A stretch of 64,000 nucleotides of DNA from the sequence record MZ436830.1; one strand, 5' to 3'. The translations under genes were made by a program, and so were the position numbers. Below, in pieces: positions 11,830-22,289 of the stretch. The stretch's first letter is position 1, and each line of letters opens with the position of its first letter. Under the pieces are notes generated by a model. The model made no database searches, had not been told where the DNA came from, and saw only the letters and a list, made by a program, of their open reading frames with translations. The DNA is from Escherichia phage JK1.

Positions 11830-11837
11830 TATAAATA
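11830..11837 (+). promoter_or_regulatory. Late promoter TATAAATA (uvsW)
   Basis: Exact motif 30 nt upstream of uvsW ATG in the inh/uvsW divergent region. Confidence 0.55.
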
Positions 11838-11866
11838 TAGATATATTTATTACATGGTATTTAGAC

Positions 11867-13378
11867 ATGACTGACATTAAAGTACATTTTTATGATTTTA
11901 GTCACGTGAGAATTGATTGTGAAGAAAGTACATTTCATGAACTCCGTGATTTCTTTAGCTTTGAAGCTGATGGGTATCGTTTTAATCCGAAGTACAAATA
12001 TGGCCACTGGGATGGACGAATCCGTCTTTTAGATTATAATCGCCTTCTTCCATTCGGTTTAGTCGGGCAAATTAAAAAGTTCTGCGATAACTTTGGCTAT
12101 AAAGCCTGGATTGACCCACAGATTAACGAAAAAGAAGAATTATCAAGAAAAGATTTTGATGAATGGCTTTCTAAATTAGAAATCTATTCAGGAAATAAAA
12201 GAATTGAACCGCATTGGTATCAAAAAGATGCAGTGTTCGAAGGATTAGTTAATCGTCGTAGAATTCTTAATCTTCCAACATCCGCAGGTAAATCTTTAAT
12301 TCAAGCTTTGCTTGCTCGGTATTATTTGGAAAATTATGAAGGCAAAATTCTTATCATTGTTCCAACAACTGCTCTGACAACTCAGATGGCTGATGACTTT
12401 GTTGACTATCGTTTATTCAGTCATGCAATGATAAAGAAAATCGGCGGTGGAGCATCAAAAGATGATAAATATAAAAATGATGCACCAGTCGTTGTTGGTA
12501 CATGGCAAACTGTAGTAAAACAACCGAAAGAATGGTTCTCACAGTTTGGAATGATGATGAATGATGAATGCCATCTTGCTACAGGAAAAAGTATTTCATC
12601 TATCATATCAGGTTTAAATAACTGTATGTTTAAATTTGGTTTGTCTGGTTCATTACGTGATGGCAAAGCTAATATCATGCAGTATGTTGGAATGTTTGGT
12701 GAAATATTTAAGCCAGTAACGACTTCTAAATTAATGGAAGATGGACAAGTAACTGAGTTAAAAATTAATAGTATTTTTCTTCGCTATCCAGATGAGTTCA
12801 CTACTAAATTAAAGGGAAAAACTTACCAAGAAGAAATAAAAATTATTACTGGACTCAGTAAAAGAAATAAATGGATCGCTAAATTAGCTATTAAGCTTGC
12901 GCAAAAAGATGAAAACGCTTTTGTCATGTTTAAACACGTATCGCACGGTAAAGCTATTTTCGATTTAATTAAAAATGAATACGATAAAGTTTATTACGTA
13001 TCAGGGGAAGTTGATACCGAAACCCGCAATATAATGAAAACCTTAGCTGAAAATGGTAAAGGAATAATTATAGTAGCTAGTTATGGTGTATTTTCTACTG
13101 GTATTTCAGTTAAAAATCTGCATCACGTTGTTTTAGCGCACGGTGTTAAATCAAAAATCATTGTATTACAAACAATCGGTCGTGTATTACGTAAGCATGG
13201 TTCTAAGACAATAGCAACCGTCTGGGACCTCATAGATGATTGTGGCGTTAAGCCAAAATCTGCTAATACGAAAAAGAAATATGTTCATTTGAACTATCTT
13301 TTAAAACACGGCATTGATCGTATTCAGCGCTATGCAGATGAAAAATTTAATTACGTAATGAAAACAGTTAATTTATAA
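11867..13378 (+). CDS. uvsW: UvsW DNA/RNA helicase (SF2)
   Basis: 503 aa ORF with helicase motifs (PTSAGKS Walker A, DECH box); late promoter at 11830-11837. Confidence 0.9.
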   Translation: MTDIKVHFYDFSHVRIDCEESTFHELRDFFSFEADGYRFNPKYKYGHWDGRIRLLDYNRLLPFGLVGQIKKFCDNFGYKAWIDPQINEKEELSRKDFDEWLSKLEIYSGNKRIEPHWYQKDAVFEGLVNRRRILNLPTSAGKSLIQALLARYYLENYEGKILIIVPTTALTTQMADDFVDYRLFSHAMIKKIGGGASKDDKYKNDAPVVVGTWQTVVKQPKEWFSQFGMMMNDECHLATGKSISSIISGLNNCMFKFGLSGSLRDGKANIMQYVGMFGEIFKPVTTSKLMEDGQVTELKINSIFLRYPDEFTTKLKGKTYQEEIKIITGLSKRNKWIAKLAIKLAQKDENAFVMFKHVSHGKAIFDLIKNEYDKVYYVSGEVDTETRNIMKTLAENGKGIIIVASYGVFSTGISVKNLHHVVLAHGVKSKIIVLQTIGRVLRKHGSKTIATVWDLIDDCGVKPKSANTKKKYVHLNYLLKHGIDRIQRYADEKFNYVMKTVNL

Positions 13379-13403
13379 GGGCTTCGGCCCTTTGGAGAAA
13401 AAG

Positions 13404-13634
13404 ATGTTACTAGAATTTAAACAATTTCTTTATGAAGCTTCTATTGATGAATTTATGGGTAAAATTGCCTCTTGTCAAACATTAGAAGGTTTAGAAGAAC
13501 TTGAAGCTTATTATAAGAAAAGAGTTAAAGAAACTGAATTAAAAGATACTGATGACATCTCAGTCAGAGATGCTTTGGCAGGAAAAAGAGCTGAATTAGA
13601 AGATTCAGACGATGAAGTAGAAGAAAGCTTTTAA
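13404..13634 (+). CDS. uvsW.1: UvsW.1 small protein (possibly the C-terminal part of a longer UvsW)
   Basis: ORF track starts at TTG 13392; ATG 13404 with GGAG at 13394-13397 gives 76 aa; in the +1 frame relative to uvsW, separated by a GGGC-TTCG-GCCC hairpin. Confidence 0.75.
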   Translation: MLLEFKQFLYEASIDEFMGKIASCQTLEGLEELEAYYKKRVKETELKDTDDISVRDALAGKRAELEDSDDEVEESF

Positions 13635-13643
13635 ATTAAAAAA

Positions 13644-13666
13644 GGCCCAACCAAAAAGGAAGGGCC
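13644..13666 (-). terminator. Weak terminator candidate after the small zinc-ribbon ORF (minus strand)
   Basis: GGCCC/GGGCC 5-bp stem with a 13-nt loop, followed on the minus strand by a U-run. Confidence 0.3.
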
Positions 13667-13689
13667 AAAACTATAGACTAAAGGTCACA

Positions 13690-13857
13690 CTATAGCAAAA
13701 GTTGTGTTTCATTTAATTGTTCTTCCGAACTTTCTGAAACTGGTAGTTCTTTAATGTAATTATAGCAAGGCCCAGGATGTACAGGACCTTTGTCTGTTTC
13801 AACAACCAATGCAGAATCGATTGGAGTTTTACAGACAACACAAATCTTATCTGACAT
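13690..13857 (-). CDS. Small zinc-ribbon-like protein (T4 uvsY.-2 position)
   Basis: 55 aa ORF not in the supplied track (under 60 aa): MSDKICVVCKTPIDSALVVETDKGPVHPGPCYNY...; CxxC...C motif; hairpin plus T-run downstream. Confidence 0.55.
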   Translation of the reverse strand: MSDKICVVCKTPIDSALVVETDKGPVHPGPCYNYIKELPVSESSEEQLNETQLLL

Positions 13858-13890
13858 GATTGTCTCCTCTGAATTATATATATATTCTAT

Positions 13891-14115
13891 TTATACAACT
13901 CTCATATGCATATCAATGCCCATATCTTTAGAATAAAAATATTCATCAAGATATCCGGCAAATTTTCCTTTAATATAAATGACATCTTCACCACACGGGT
14001 GGTCGGCCAGGATACGAATATCCTGACGCTTAAGATTATACTTTTTCATTAAGAATTGAATTTCCGTTTCAAATTCTTCTTCATAATTAAAAGCATCATC
14101 AATGCTATATCTCAT
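13891..14115 (-). CDS. Hypothetical protein (T4 uvsY.-1 position)
   Basis: 74 aa ORF directly downstream of uvsY; stop and start share 14115. Confidence 0.65.
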   Translation of the reverse strand: MRYSIDDAFNYEEEFETEIQFLMKKYNLKRQDIRILADHPCGEDVIYIKGKFAGYLDEYFYSKDMGIDMHMRVV

Positions 14116-14528
14116 TATTTTCCAGCCTCAAATGCTCGCATGTCTTGAATATGCTTAATAGCAAATCCACGTGATTTGATAGCATCAAGAGCTCCGCTAC
14201 AGAAATCTAATAAAATCCCCCAATACTGTAACGAGGTATCAATCTTTAAAACATCCTTATCAGCTGATAGAACTGTCTTCATTTCTGATTTCTCGTAACG
14301 ATCCATACTAAATTCATCACCATCTCCTCGTCCCGAGTAGTAGTCTAATTTAGCTTTAAGAGCAACTTTTTTCTGTGCATCAATTCTAAGCATTTCCTTT
14401 TTAATACTTGAATGCTTATTAAGCCATTTACTATATAACATCACATTATTAGCTGCTTCATACTGTAATTTAGTCGAATCTATAAACACATCTTTCTTCA
14501 ATTCTTCTTGAAGATCTTCTAATCTCAT
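14115..14528 (-). CDS. uvsY: UvsY recombination mediator
   Basis: 137 aa ORF, length and position as T4 UvsY; MotA-box middle promoter upstream. Confidence 0.9.
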   Translation of the reverse strand: MRLEDLQEELKKDVFIDSTKLQYEAANNVMLYSKWLNKHSSIKKEMLRIDAQKKVALKAKLDYYSGRGDGDEFSMDRYEKSEMKTVLSADKDVLKIDTSLQYWGILLDFCSGALDAIKSRGFAIKHIQDMRAFEAGK

Positions 14529-14568
14529 ATTGTTCTCTATTCAATTGTTATTGGATGGACTTAGATTC

Positions 14569-14594
14569 ATTATACCACGTTTATACGTGAAGCA
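14569..14594 (-). promoter_or_regulatory. Middle (MotA-dependent) promoter of uvsY
   Basis: Minus strand MotA box TGCTTCA (plus 14588-14594), 13-nt spacer, -10 TATAAT (plus 14569-14574). Confidence 0.55.
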
Positions 14595-14993
14595 TTATAC
14601 TCTATTACTGGAAGCCAGTTGTAGTTTTATCTGCTCAATGTCATCAGGGTTATCAATGACCGAAAAGCGTATTTCTACTATCAGAGTATAATCATCATAA
14701 ACTGGTATAACATTAACTGCTAATTTATCAATACGTGGCTCATAGTTTCTTACTGCGCTTTCGATATTACGCTCAACCGTGTCAGCAGTAAGAGGAGTCA
14801 TATTCTCAAAAAGTTGGTCAGATAAATCACATCCAAATTCAGGGTCAAACGGTCTTGAACCTTTTCTTGTTGTAATAATTCCTAAAAGACTATTTTTAAT
14901 TGACCTTAATCCAAGTGATCTTGAAACGTCTTTGTTCCAATCCATTTTCATCTCTGGGTCAATATCAGAATAAAGCTTATTAATATTTGCCAT
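14595..14993 (-). CDS. 25: Baseplate wedge protein gp25
   Basis: 132 aa ORF; overlaps gene 26 stop; position. Confidence 0.9.
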   Translation of the reverse strand: MANINKLYSDIDPEMKMDWNKDVSRSLGLRSIKNSLLGIITTRKGSRPFDPEFGCDLSDQLFENMTPLTADTVERNIESAVRNYEPRIDKLAVNVIPVYDDYTLIVEIRFSVIDNPDDIEQIKLQLASSNRV

Positions 14994-15619
14994 TACAATA
15001 GCTCAAAGAATTCTTTGAGTCCTCTTATTACATGAGCGTGAGTTTTTCCACACTCTGGACACTTAATTGGAACAGCCAAATAAACGGTAGGCTTTAAAAG
15101 CATATCTTTTATAGCTACAATATCTGACTCTGTGATGATAGAATATAAATCTTCCAGTTCTTTTTCATTTAAGTCTTCAACTGGAATGCTTTCACCGTTA
15201 GCATGAATCGTTTCTATGCATGATACTATCATGTGGGCTATATTTTTATCATCAAAAATTTTAGGGTAATGGAATTTAATTTTAATGTCACCCAGTGTAT
15301 ACCAGAGGTCTTCTGGTGCATCTATTTGTGTATGTAATAGATTTATATGGGTTGGTATTTCAGTTCCACAGGTGCACTTCCAGGAGTTTTCGTGATTAAC
15401 TTCTCCAAGAGAATGCGCCCATAAATGAATCAACAATAGTTCTGATTCTTGGCGGTTTAAATCTTTTGCATTTGTGCAGTCTTTGATTAGCTTTTTAACA
15501 ATTACTTCTACGGAACCATTATTTTTGGCAGTAATAAGTTCTAGATATTCTTTAAGCGTGAATGCGCGACAATTGATTATTTTAGAACCAACTCTCACAT
15601 CAAATTTGTATTCATACAT
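14993..15619 (-). CDS. 26: Baseplate hub protein gp26
   Basis: 208 aa ORF; late promoter on minus strand at 15641-15648. Confidence 0.85.
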   Translation of the reverse strand: MYEYKFDVRVGSKIINCRAFTLKEYLELITAKNNGSVEVIVKKLIKDCTNAKDLNRQESELLLIHLWAHSLGEVNHENSWKCTCGTEIPTHINLLHTQIDAPEDLWYTLGDIKIKFHYPKIFDDKNIAHMIVSCIETIHANGESIPVEDLNEKELEDLYSIITESDIVAIKDMLLKPTVYLAVPIKCPECGKTHAHVIRGLKEFFELL

Positions 15620-15640
15620 ATTTAGCTCCTTTATTTATCA

Positions 15641-15648
15641 TATTTATA
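15641..15648 (-). promoter_or_regulatory. Late promoter TATAAATA (gene 26, minus strand)
   Basis: Plus-strand TATTTATA, 22 nt upstream of gene 26 start. Confidence 0.55.
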
Positions 15649-15652
15649 AATA
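15645..15652 (+). promoter_or_regulatory. Late promoter TATAAATA (gene 51)
   Basis: Part of palindrome TATTTATAAATA between divergent genes 26 and 51. Confidence 0.55.
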
Positions 15653-15669
15653 GAATAAAAGGAGCATCT

Positions 15670-16419
15670 ATGGCAAACATTATTCGTTGTAAATTACCAG
15701 ATGGTGTTCATCGTTTTAAACCATTTACGGTAGAAGATTATCGAGATTTTTTGTTAGTTCGAAACGATATAGAACATCGGTCACCACAAGAACAAAAAGA
15801 AATAATTGCTGATTTAATTGCCGATTATTTTGGAGACTATCCGAAGACTTGGCAACCATTTATATTTTTGCAGGTATTTGTAGGGTCAATAGGTAAAACT
15901 AAAGTACCGGTCACATTTGTATGTCCAAAATGTAAAAAAGAAAAGACAGTTCCATTTGAAATATATCAAAAAGAATTAAAGGAACCTGTTTTTGATGTAG
16001 CTAATGTTAAAATTAAATTAAAGTTTCCTTCTGAGTTTTATGAAAATAAAGCAAAGATGATTACTGAAAATATTCATTCTGTTCAAGTAGATGAAATATG
16101 GTATGATTGGAAGGAAATTAGCGAGTCCAGTCAAATAGAACTAGTTGACGCCATCGAGATAGAAACATTAGAAAAAATTCTCGATGCAATGAATCCTATT
16201 AATTTAACTCTACATATGTCATGCTGTAATAAGTACATTAAAAAATACACTGATATAGTAGACGTGTTTAAGCTATTAGTTAACCCAGATGAGATATTTA
16301 CTTTTTATCAAATTAATCACACACTCGTAAAAAGTAATTATAGCTTAAATTCAATAATGAAAATGATTCCTGCCGAGCGCGGATTCGTATTAAAACTGAT
16401 TGAGAAGGATAAACAATAA
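15670..16419 (+). CDS. 51: Baseplate hub assembly protein gp51
   Basis: 249 aa ORF; divergent from gene 26; late promoter at 15645-15652. Confidence 0.85.
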   Translation: MANIIRCKLPDGVHRFKPFTVEDYRDFLLVRNDIEHRSPQEQKEIIADLIADYFGDYPKTWQPFIFLQVFVGSIGKTKVPVTFVCPKCKKEKTVPFEIYQKELKEPVFDVANVKIKLKFPSEFYENKAKMITENIHSVQVDEIWYDWKEISESSQIELVDAIEIETLEKILDAMNPINLTLHMSCCNKYIKKYTDIVDVFKLLVNPDEIFTFYQINHTLVKSNYSLNSIMKMIPAERGFVLKLIEKDKQ

Positions 16420-17594
16420 TGAGTATGTTGCAACGCCCCGGATATCCAAATCTCAGCGTTAAATTATTTGATAGCTACGACGCTTGGAGTAATAATAGAT
16501 TTGTTGAATTAGCTGCTACTATTACCACATTAACTATGCGGGATTCTCTTTATGGACGAAATGAAGGAATGCTGCAGTTTTATGATTCTAAAAATATCCA
16601 CACAAAAATGGATGGAAATGAAATAATTCAAATTTCTGTAGCTAATGCAAACGATATTAATAATGTTAAAACACGAATTTATGGATGCAAGCATTTTTCC
16701 GTGTCAGTAGATTCAAAAGGTGATAACATCATTGCTATTGAATTGGGAACTATTCATTCTATAGAAAATCTTAAATTTGGTAGACCATTTTTCCCTGATG
16801 CAGGTGAATCTATAAAAGAAATGCTTGGTGTCATTTATCAAGACCGCACATTATTAACTCCAGCAATAAATGCTATAAATGCTTATGTTCCTGATATTCC
16901 ATGGACTAGTACATTTGAAAATTATTTGTCCTATGTAAGAGAAGTTGCTCTAGCTGTAGGAAGTGACAAATTTGTATTTGTGTGGCAAGACATCATGGGA
17001 GTTAACATGATGGACTATGATATGATGATAAATCAAGAACCATATCCAATGATTGTCGGCGAGCCATCTTTAATAGGTCAATTCATCCAAGAATTAAAAT
17101 ATCCATTAGCATATGATTTCGTTTGGTTGACTAAATCGAATCCTCACAAACGTGACCCAATGAAAAATGCTACTATCTATGCGCATTCATTTTTAGATTC
17201 TTCATTGCCAATGATTACTACGGGAAAGGGCGAAAACTCTATTGTAGTGTCAAGGTCAGGTGCTTATTCTGAAATGACTTATAGGAATGGCTATGAAGAA
17301 GCTATTCGTCTTCAAACTATGGCGCAATACGATGGCTATGCTAAATGTTCTACTGTCGGTAATTTTAACTTGACTCCTGGCGTTAAAATTATTTTTAATG
17401 ATAGTAAAAACCAATTTAAAACAGAATTTTACGTTGATGAAGTCATCCATGAATTATCCAATAATAATTCAGTAACTCATCTATATATGTTCACTAATGC
17501 AACGAAACTGGAAACAATAGACCCAGTTAAGGTTAAAAATGAATTTAAATCTGATACTACCACTGAAGAAAGTAGTTCTTCCAATAAGCAATAA
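16419..17594 (+). CDS. 27: Baseplate hub protein gp27
   Basis: 391 aa ORF; TAATG coupling with gene 51. Confidence 0.9.
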   Translation: MSMLQRPGYPNLSVKLFDSYDAWSNNRFVELAATITTLTMRDSLYGRNEGMLQFYDSKNIHTKMDGNEIIQISVANANDINNVKTRIYGCKHFSVSVDSKGDNIIAIELGTIHSIENLKFGRPFFPDAGESIKEMLGVIYQDRTLLTPAINAINAYVPDIPWTSTFENYLSYVREVALAVGSDKFVFVWQDIMGVNMMDYDMMINQEPYPMIVGEPSLIGQFIQELKYPLAYDFVWLTKSNPHKRDPMKNATIYAHSFLDSSLPMITTGKGENSIVVSRSGAYSEMTYRNGYEEAIRLQTMAQYDGYAKCSTVGNFNLTPGVKIIFNDSKNQFKTEFYVDEVIHELSNNNSVTHLYMFTNATKLETIDPVKVKNEFKSDTTTEESSSSNKQ

Positions 17595-18072
17595 AGAAGT
17601 TTCTATTCCTAAAATGGGTCTTAAACACTATAACATTTTAAAAGATGTTAAAGGTCCTGATGAAAATTTAAAACTTCTTATTGATTCTATTTGTCCGAAT
17701 TTATCACCGGCAGAAGTTGATTTCGTTTCTATTCATCTATTGGAATTTAATGGAAAGATTAAATCTCGTAAAGAAATAGATGGTTATACTTATGACATTA
17801 ATGATGTTTATGTATGCCAAAGATTGGAATTTCAATACCAAGGAAATACATTTTATTTTAGACCTCCTGGAAAATTTGAACAATTTTTAACTGTAAGCGA
17901 TATGTTATCCAAATGCTTGCTTAAGGTCAATGATGAAGTTAAAGAAATTAATTTTCTTGAGATGCCAGCATTCGTTTTAAAATGGGCAAATGATATTTTT
18001 ACAACTTTAGCAATTCCTGGCCCTAATGGTCCAATAACCGGAATTGGCAATATTATTGGATTATTTGAATGA
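17539..18072 (+). CDS. 28: Baseplate hub distal protein gp28
   Basis: 177 aa ORF overlapping the 3' end of gene 27 by 56 nt in another frame. Confidence 0.8.
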   Translation: MNLNLILPLKKVVLPISNKEVSIPKMGLKHYNILKDVKGPDENLKLLIDSICPNLSPAEVDFVSIHLLEFNGKIKSRKEIDGYTYDINDVYVCQRLEFQYQGNTFYFRPPGKFEQFLTVSDMLSKCLLKVNDEVKEINFLEMPAFVLKWANDIFTTLAIPGPNGPITGIGNIIGLFE

Positions 18073-19841
18073 AAAAGCCACAAGAAATGCAAACGATGCG
18101 TAGAAAAGTTATTTCAGATAATAAACCAACACAGGAAGCGGCTAAATCCGCTTCCAACACTTTATCTGGACTTAACGATATATCTATGAAATTGGATGAT
18201 GCTCAAGCTGCCTCTGAATTAATAGCTCAAACTGTCGAAGAAAAATCGAATGAAATAGTTGGAGCAATTGACAACGTAGAAAGCGCAGTGAGTGATACTA
18301 CCGCAGGTTCTGAGTTAATTGCCGAAACTGTTGAAATTGGCAATAATATCAATAAAGAAATAGGCGAATCACTCGGAAGCAAATTAGATAAATTAACGAG
18401 TTTATTAGAACAAAAAATTCAGACAGCTGGAATTCAACAGACTGGAACGAGTTTAGCAGTAGTCGAAAATGCTATTCCTGTTAAAGTTGTTGAGGATGAT
18501 ACAGCTGAATCTGTGGGTCCTTTATTACCGGCCCCTGAAGCAGTTAATAATGATCCTGACGCTGATTTTTTCCCTACCCCTCAGCCAGTTGAACCCAAAC
18601 AAGAATCGCCAGAAGAAAAACAGAAAAAAGAAGCATTTAACTTAAAATTATCTCAAGCTTTAGATAAATTAACGAAGACTGTTGATTTTGGATTTAAAAA
18701 ATCCATTTCAATTACTGATAAAATATCAAGCATGCTATTTAAGTACACCGTCAGTGCTGCTATTGAAGCTGCTAAAATGACTGCAATGATATTGGCTGTT
18801 GTTGTTGGAATAGACCTGTTGATGGTTCATTTTAAATACTGGTCAGATAAATTTTCAAAAGCCTGGGATTTATATAGTGGCAACTTTACTAAATTCTCTA
18901 GCGAAACTGGAACATGGGGTCCTTTATTACAGAGCATCTTTGATTCTATTGATAAAATTAAACAACTTTGGGAAGCGGGAGATTGGGGTGGATTGACAAC
19001 AGCTATTGTTGAAGGGCTCGGAAGTGTTCTTTTTAATTTAGGAGAGCTTATTCAATTAGGTATGGCTAAATTATCTGCAGCAATTCTTCGAGTCATTCCT
19101 GGCATGAAGGATACTGCTGATGAAGTAGAAGGAAGAGCACTGGAAAATTTCCAAAATACTACTGGAGCATCTCTCAATAAAGAAGACCAGGAAAAAGTTG
19201 CAAATTATCAAGATAAACGAATGAACGGAGACCTTGGTCCGATAGCAAAAGGATTAGATAAAATTGCTAATTGGAAAACTCGTGCATCTAATTGGATTCG
19301 TGGGGTTGATAATAAAGAAGCACTAACTACCGACGAAGAACGTGCAGCAGAAGAAGAAAAATTAAAGCAACTTTCACCTGAAGAAAGAAAAAATGCTTTA
19401 ATGAAGGCTAATGAAGCCCGTGCCGCAATGATTCGCTTTGAAAAATATGCTGATTCAGCTGATATGAGTAAAGACTCAACGGTTAAATCTGTTGAATCTG
19501 CCTATGAAGACCTTAAAAAACGGATGGATGACCCGGATTTAAATAATTCACCGGCAGTTAAAAAAGAACTTGCTGCTAGATTTTCTAAAATTGATGCTAC
19601 TTATCAAGAGCTCAAGAAAAATCAGCCTAATGCCAAACCTGAAACTTCTGCTAAATCGCCAGAAGCAAAACAAGTCCAGGTAATAGAAAAGAACAAAGCA
19701 CAGCAAGCTCCTGTTCAACAAGCATCTCCTTCAATCAACAATACTAATAATGTTATTAAGAAAAATACTGTCGTTCATAATATGACACCTGTCACAAGCA
19801 CAACTGCTCCTGGTGTATTTGATGCGACTGGGGTTAATTAA
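18069..19841 (+). CDS. 29: Baseplate hub / tail length determinator gp29
   Basis: 590 aa ORF; 4-nt overlap with gene 28. Confidence 0.9.
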   Translation: MKKPQEMQTMRRKVISDNKPTQEAAKSASNTLSGLNDISMKLDDAQAASELIAQTVEEKSNEIVGAIDNVESAVSDTTAGSELIAETVEIGNNINKEIGESLGSKLDKLTSLLEQKIQTAGIQQTGTSLAVVENAIPVKVVEDDTAESVGPLLPAPEAVNNDPDADFFPTPQPVEPKQESPEEKQKKEAFNLKLSQALDKLTKTVDFGFKKSISITDKISSMLFKYTVSAAIEAAKMTAMILAVVVGIDLLMVHFKYWSDKFSKAWDLYSGNFTKFSSETGTWGPLLQSIFDSIDKIKQLWEAGDWGGLTTAIVEGLGSVLFNLGELIQLGMAKLSAAILRVIPGMKDTADEVEGRALENFQNTTGASLNKEDQEKVANYQDKRMNGDLGPIAKGLDKIANWKTRASNWIRGVDNKEALTTDEERAAEEEKLKQLSPEERKNALMKANEARAAMIRFEKYADSADMSKDSTVKSVESAYEDLKKRMDDPDLNNSPAVKKELAARFSKIDATYQELKKNQPNAKPETSAKSPEAKQVQVIEKNKAQQAPVQQASPSINNTNNVIKKNTVVHNMTPVTSTTAPGVFDATGVN

Positions 19842-19849
19842 GGAATAAT

Positions 19850-20944
19850 ATGGCAATTGTTAAAGAAATAACTGCTGATTTAATTAAAAAGTCCGGTGAG
19901 AAAATTTCAGCCGGACAGAGTACTAAATCAGAAGTAGGAACTAAAACATACACAGCCCAGTTTCCAACTGGGCGTGCTAGTGGTAATGACACTACAGGGG
20001 ACTTCCAGGTAACAGATCTATATAAGAATGGATTATTATTTACTGCATACAATATGTCATCTAGGGATTCTGGAAGTCTTAGATCGATGAGATCTAACTA
20101 CTCTTCTTCATCTTCGAGTATTTTACGTACAGCCAGAAACACTATCAGTAATACAGTATCAAAACTGTCAAATGGATTAATATCAGATAATAATTCAGGA
20201 ACAATAAGTAAAGCCCCTGTTGCAAATATTCTTTTACCAAGATCTAAATCCGATGTTGATACATCATCACATAGATTTAATGATGTTCAAGAAAGTCTTA
20301 TCAGCAGAGGCGGAGGTACTGCTACTGGTGTGCTAAGTAATATTGCTTCAACTGCAGTATTTGGAGCACTGGAAAGTATAACACAAGGTATAATGGCTGA
20401 TAATAATGAACAAATATACACTACGGCTCGAAGTATGTATGGTGGTGCTGAAAATAGAACTAAAGTGTTTACTTGGGATTTGACTCCACGTTCAACAGAA
20501 GATTTAATGGCTATTATTAATATCTATCAATATTTTAACTATTTTTCTTATGGTGAAACTGGTAAATCTCAATATGCTGCTGAAATAAAGGGGTATTTAG
20601 ATGATTGGTATCGTTCTACGTTAATTGAACCTTTATCTCCGGAAGACGCAGCTAAAAATAAAACACTATTTGAGAAAATGACATCGAGTTTAACTAACGT
20701 TCTAGTAGTTTCAAACCCGACAATTTGGATGGTGAAAAACTTTGGTGCAACATCTAAGTTTGATGGAAAAACGGAAATATTTGGCCCATGCCAAATACAA
20801 AGCATCAGATTTGATAAAACACCTAATGGTAACTTTAACGGATTAGCTATTGCTCCAAACCTCCCTAGTACATTTACTCTTGAGATTACTATGAGAGAAA
20901 TTATCACGTTAAACCGTGCTTCTTTATATGCGGGGACTTTTTAA
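19850..20944 (+). CDS. 48: Baseplate tail tube cap gp48
   Basis: 364 aa ORF; position in baseplate operon. Confidence 0.9.
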   Translation: MAIVKEITADLIKKSGEKISAGQSTKSEVGTKTYTAQFPTGRASGNDTTGDFQVTDLYKNGLLFTAYNMSSRDSGSLRSMRSNYSSSSSSILRTARNTISNTVSKLSNGLISDNNSGTISKAPVANILLPRSKSDVDTSSHRFNDVQESLISRGGGTATGVLSNIASTAVFGALESITQGIMADNNEQIYTTARSMYGGAENRTKVFTWDLTPRSTEDLMAIINIYQYFNYFSYGETGKSQYAAEIKGYLDDWYRSTLIEPLSPEDAAKNKTLFEKMTSSLTNVLVVSNPTIWMVKNFGATSKFDGKTEIFGPCQIQSIRFDKTPNGNFNGLAIAPNLPSTFTLEITMREIITLNRASLYAGTF

Positions 20945-21909
20945 TGTATTCTTTAGAGGAATTTAATAATCAAGCAATAAACGCAGATTTCCAACGTAAT
21001 AATATGTTTAGCTGCGTTTTTGCGACAACTCCATCAACTAAAAGCTCTTCGTTGATAAGTTCAATTAGCAACTTTTCTTATAATAACTTGGGCCTAAATT
21101 CAGATTGGTTAGGATTGACTCAAGGTGATATTAATCAGGGAATTACCACGCTAATTACTGCTGGCACACAAAAACTGATAAGAAAATCAGGGGTTAGTAA
21201 ATATCTTATTGGTGCCATGAGTCAACGTACAGTTCAAAGTTTATTAGGCTCATTTACAGTTGGTACATATTTAATTGACTTCTTTAACATGGCATATAAC
21301 TCATCTGGATTGATGATATACTCTGTAAAAATGCCAGAGAATAGATTATCCTATGAAACTGACTGGAACTACAATTCTCCTAATATTCGCATAACCGGGA
21401 GAGAATTAGACCCTTTGGTTATTTCATTTAGAATGGATTCAGAAGCTTGTAACTATCGTGCAATGCAAGACTGGGTTAACTCCGTTCAAGACCCAGTAAC
21501 TGGATTACGCGCTTTGCCACAGGATGTCGAGGCAGATATTCAGGTTAATCTTCATTCTCGTAATGGATTGCCTCATACTGCGGTGATGTTCACCGGATGC
21601 ATTCCAATATCAGTGAGCGCTCCTGAGTTATCATATGATGGAGATAACCAAATAACTACATTTGATGTTACTTTTGCGTACAGAGTGATGCAGGCTGGAG
21701 CGGTTGATAGGCAAGCTGCGCTTGAATGGCTTGAATCTGCTGCTATAAATGGTATTCAAAGCGTTCTCGGAAATAGTGGAGGTGTTACTGGACTATCTAA
21801 TTCGCTTTCACGACTTAGTAGATTAGGAGGGACTGCTGGAAGCATTTCAAACATTAATACTATGACAGGAATTGTTAATTCGCAGAGTAAAATATTAGGA
21901 GCAATATAA
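20944..21909 (+). CDS. 54: Baseplate tail tube initiator gp54
   Basis: 321 aa ORF; TAATG coupling with gene 48; strong terminator downstream. Confidence 0.9.
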   Translation: MYSLEEFNNQAINADFQRNNMFSCVFATTPSTKSSSLISSISNFSYNNLGLNSDWLGLTQGDINQGITTLITAGTQKLIRKSGVSKYLIGAMSQRTVQSLLGSFTVGTYLIDFFNMAYNSSGLMIYSVKMPENRLSYETDWNYNSPNIRITGRELDPLVISFRMDSEACNYRAMQDWVNSVQDPVTGLRALPQDVEADIQVNLHSRNGLPHTAVMFTGCIPISVSAPELSYDGDNQITTFDVTFAYRVMQAGAVDRQAALEWLESAAINGIQSVLGNSGGVTGLSNSLSRLSRLGGTAGSISNINTMTGIVNSQSKILGAI

Positions 21910-21913
21910 CAAT

Positions 21914-21939
21914 GGGGACCTTTCGGTCCCCATATTTTT
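21914..21939 (+). terminator. Terminator after gene 54
   Basis: GGGGACC-TTTC-GGTCCCC hairpin then ATATTTTTATTT. Confidence 0.7.
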
Positions 21940-22228
21940 ATTTACGGAATGAAATGAAAGCAGAAACTGAAGCAACTAAACTGTCTTCAATATAAACTTC
22001 AATTTTTACCGGAGCTTCTGACTCGAATTTACCTGTTACTACACCTTGGAAAATACTTTCAGTTTGTTCTGGCTTTGAAAAATTTTCAGAAGGAAAAATT
22101 CCGAACTTTTTATCTGTTCCAAAAATTTTGATAAATTCATCATAAACTGCTTCATTAAAAGCATTATCAGCAGGAATAACGCCTTCAACTACAAGTTCTT
22201 GACCCAAAAAGCGCAAAGAAGATTTCAT
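21938..22228 (-). CDS. Hypothetical protein (alt-downstream small ORF)
   Basis: 96 aa ORF; ATG at 22226-22228 preceded by GAGGA and an early-type promoter. Confidence 0.6.
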   Translation of the reverse strand: MKSSLRFLGQELVVEGVIPADNAFNEAVYDEFIKIFGTDKKFGIFPSENFSKPEQTESIFQGVVTGKFESEAPVKIEVYIEDSLVASVSAFISFRK

Positions 22229-22236
22229 TTTGTGTT

Positions 22237-22289
22237 CCTCATGTTATGTCAGTAAGACTACTATAACACAACACGAGGGACTTGTAAAC
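22237..22289 (-). repeat. 53-bp promoter/leader cassette, copy 1
   Basis: 51 of 53 positions identical to 37451-37503; spans -35 through the Shine-Dalgarno region. Confidence 0.85.
22260..22288 (-). promoter_or_regulatory. Early sigma70-type promoter (-35 TTTACA, 17 bp, -10 TATAGT)
   Basis: Minus strand GTTTACA-17-TATAGT followed by GAGGA and ATG 22228; inside the 53-bp repeat. Confidence 0.55.

Noticed and set aside
11817-11866. Minus-strand late promoter for inh in the inh/uvsW divergent region
   Set aside because: The plus strand has TATTTATT, one mismatch from the required reverse-complement motif; inh is probably co-transcribed from further upstream or uses this weak variant. Not called.
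13379-13390. UUCG-loop hairpins without a following U-tract (also 30402-30415 and 46567-46580) as transcription terminators
   Set aside because: They lack the poly-U needed for intrinsic termination in the direction of transcription and sit just upstream of ribosome binding sites; more likely mRNA stability or processing hairpins.
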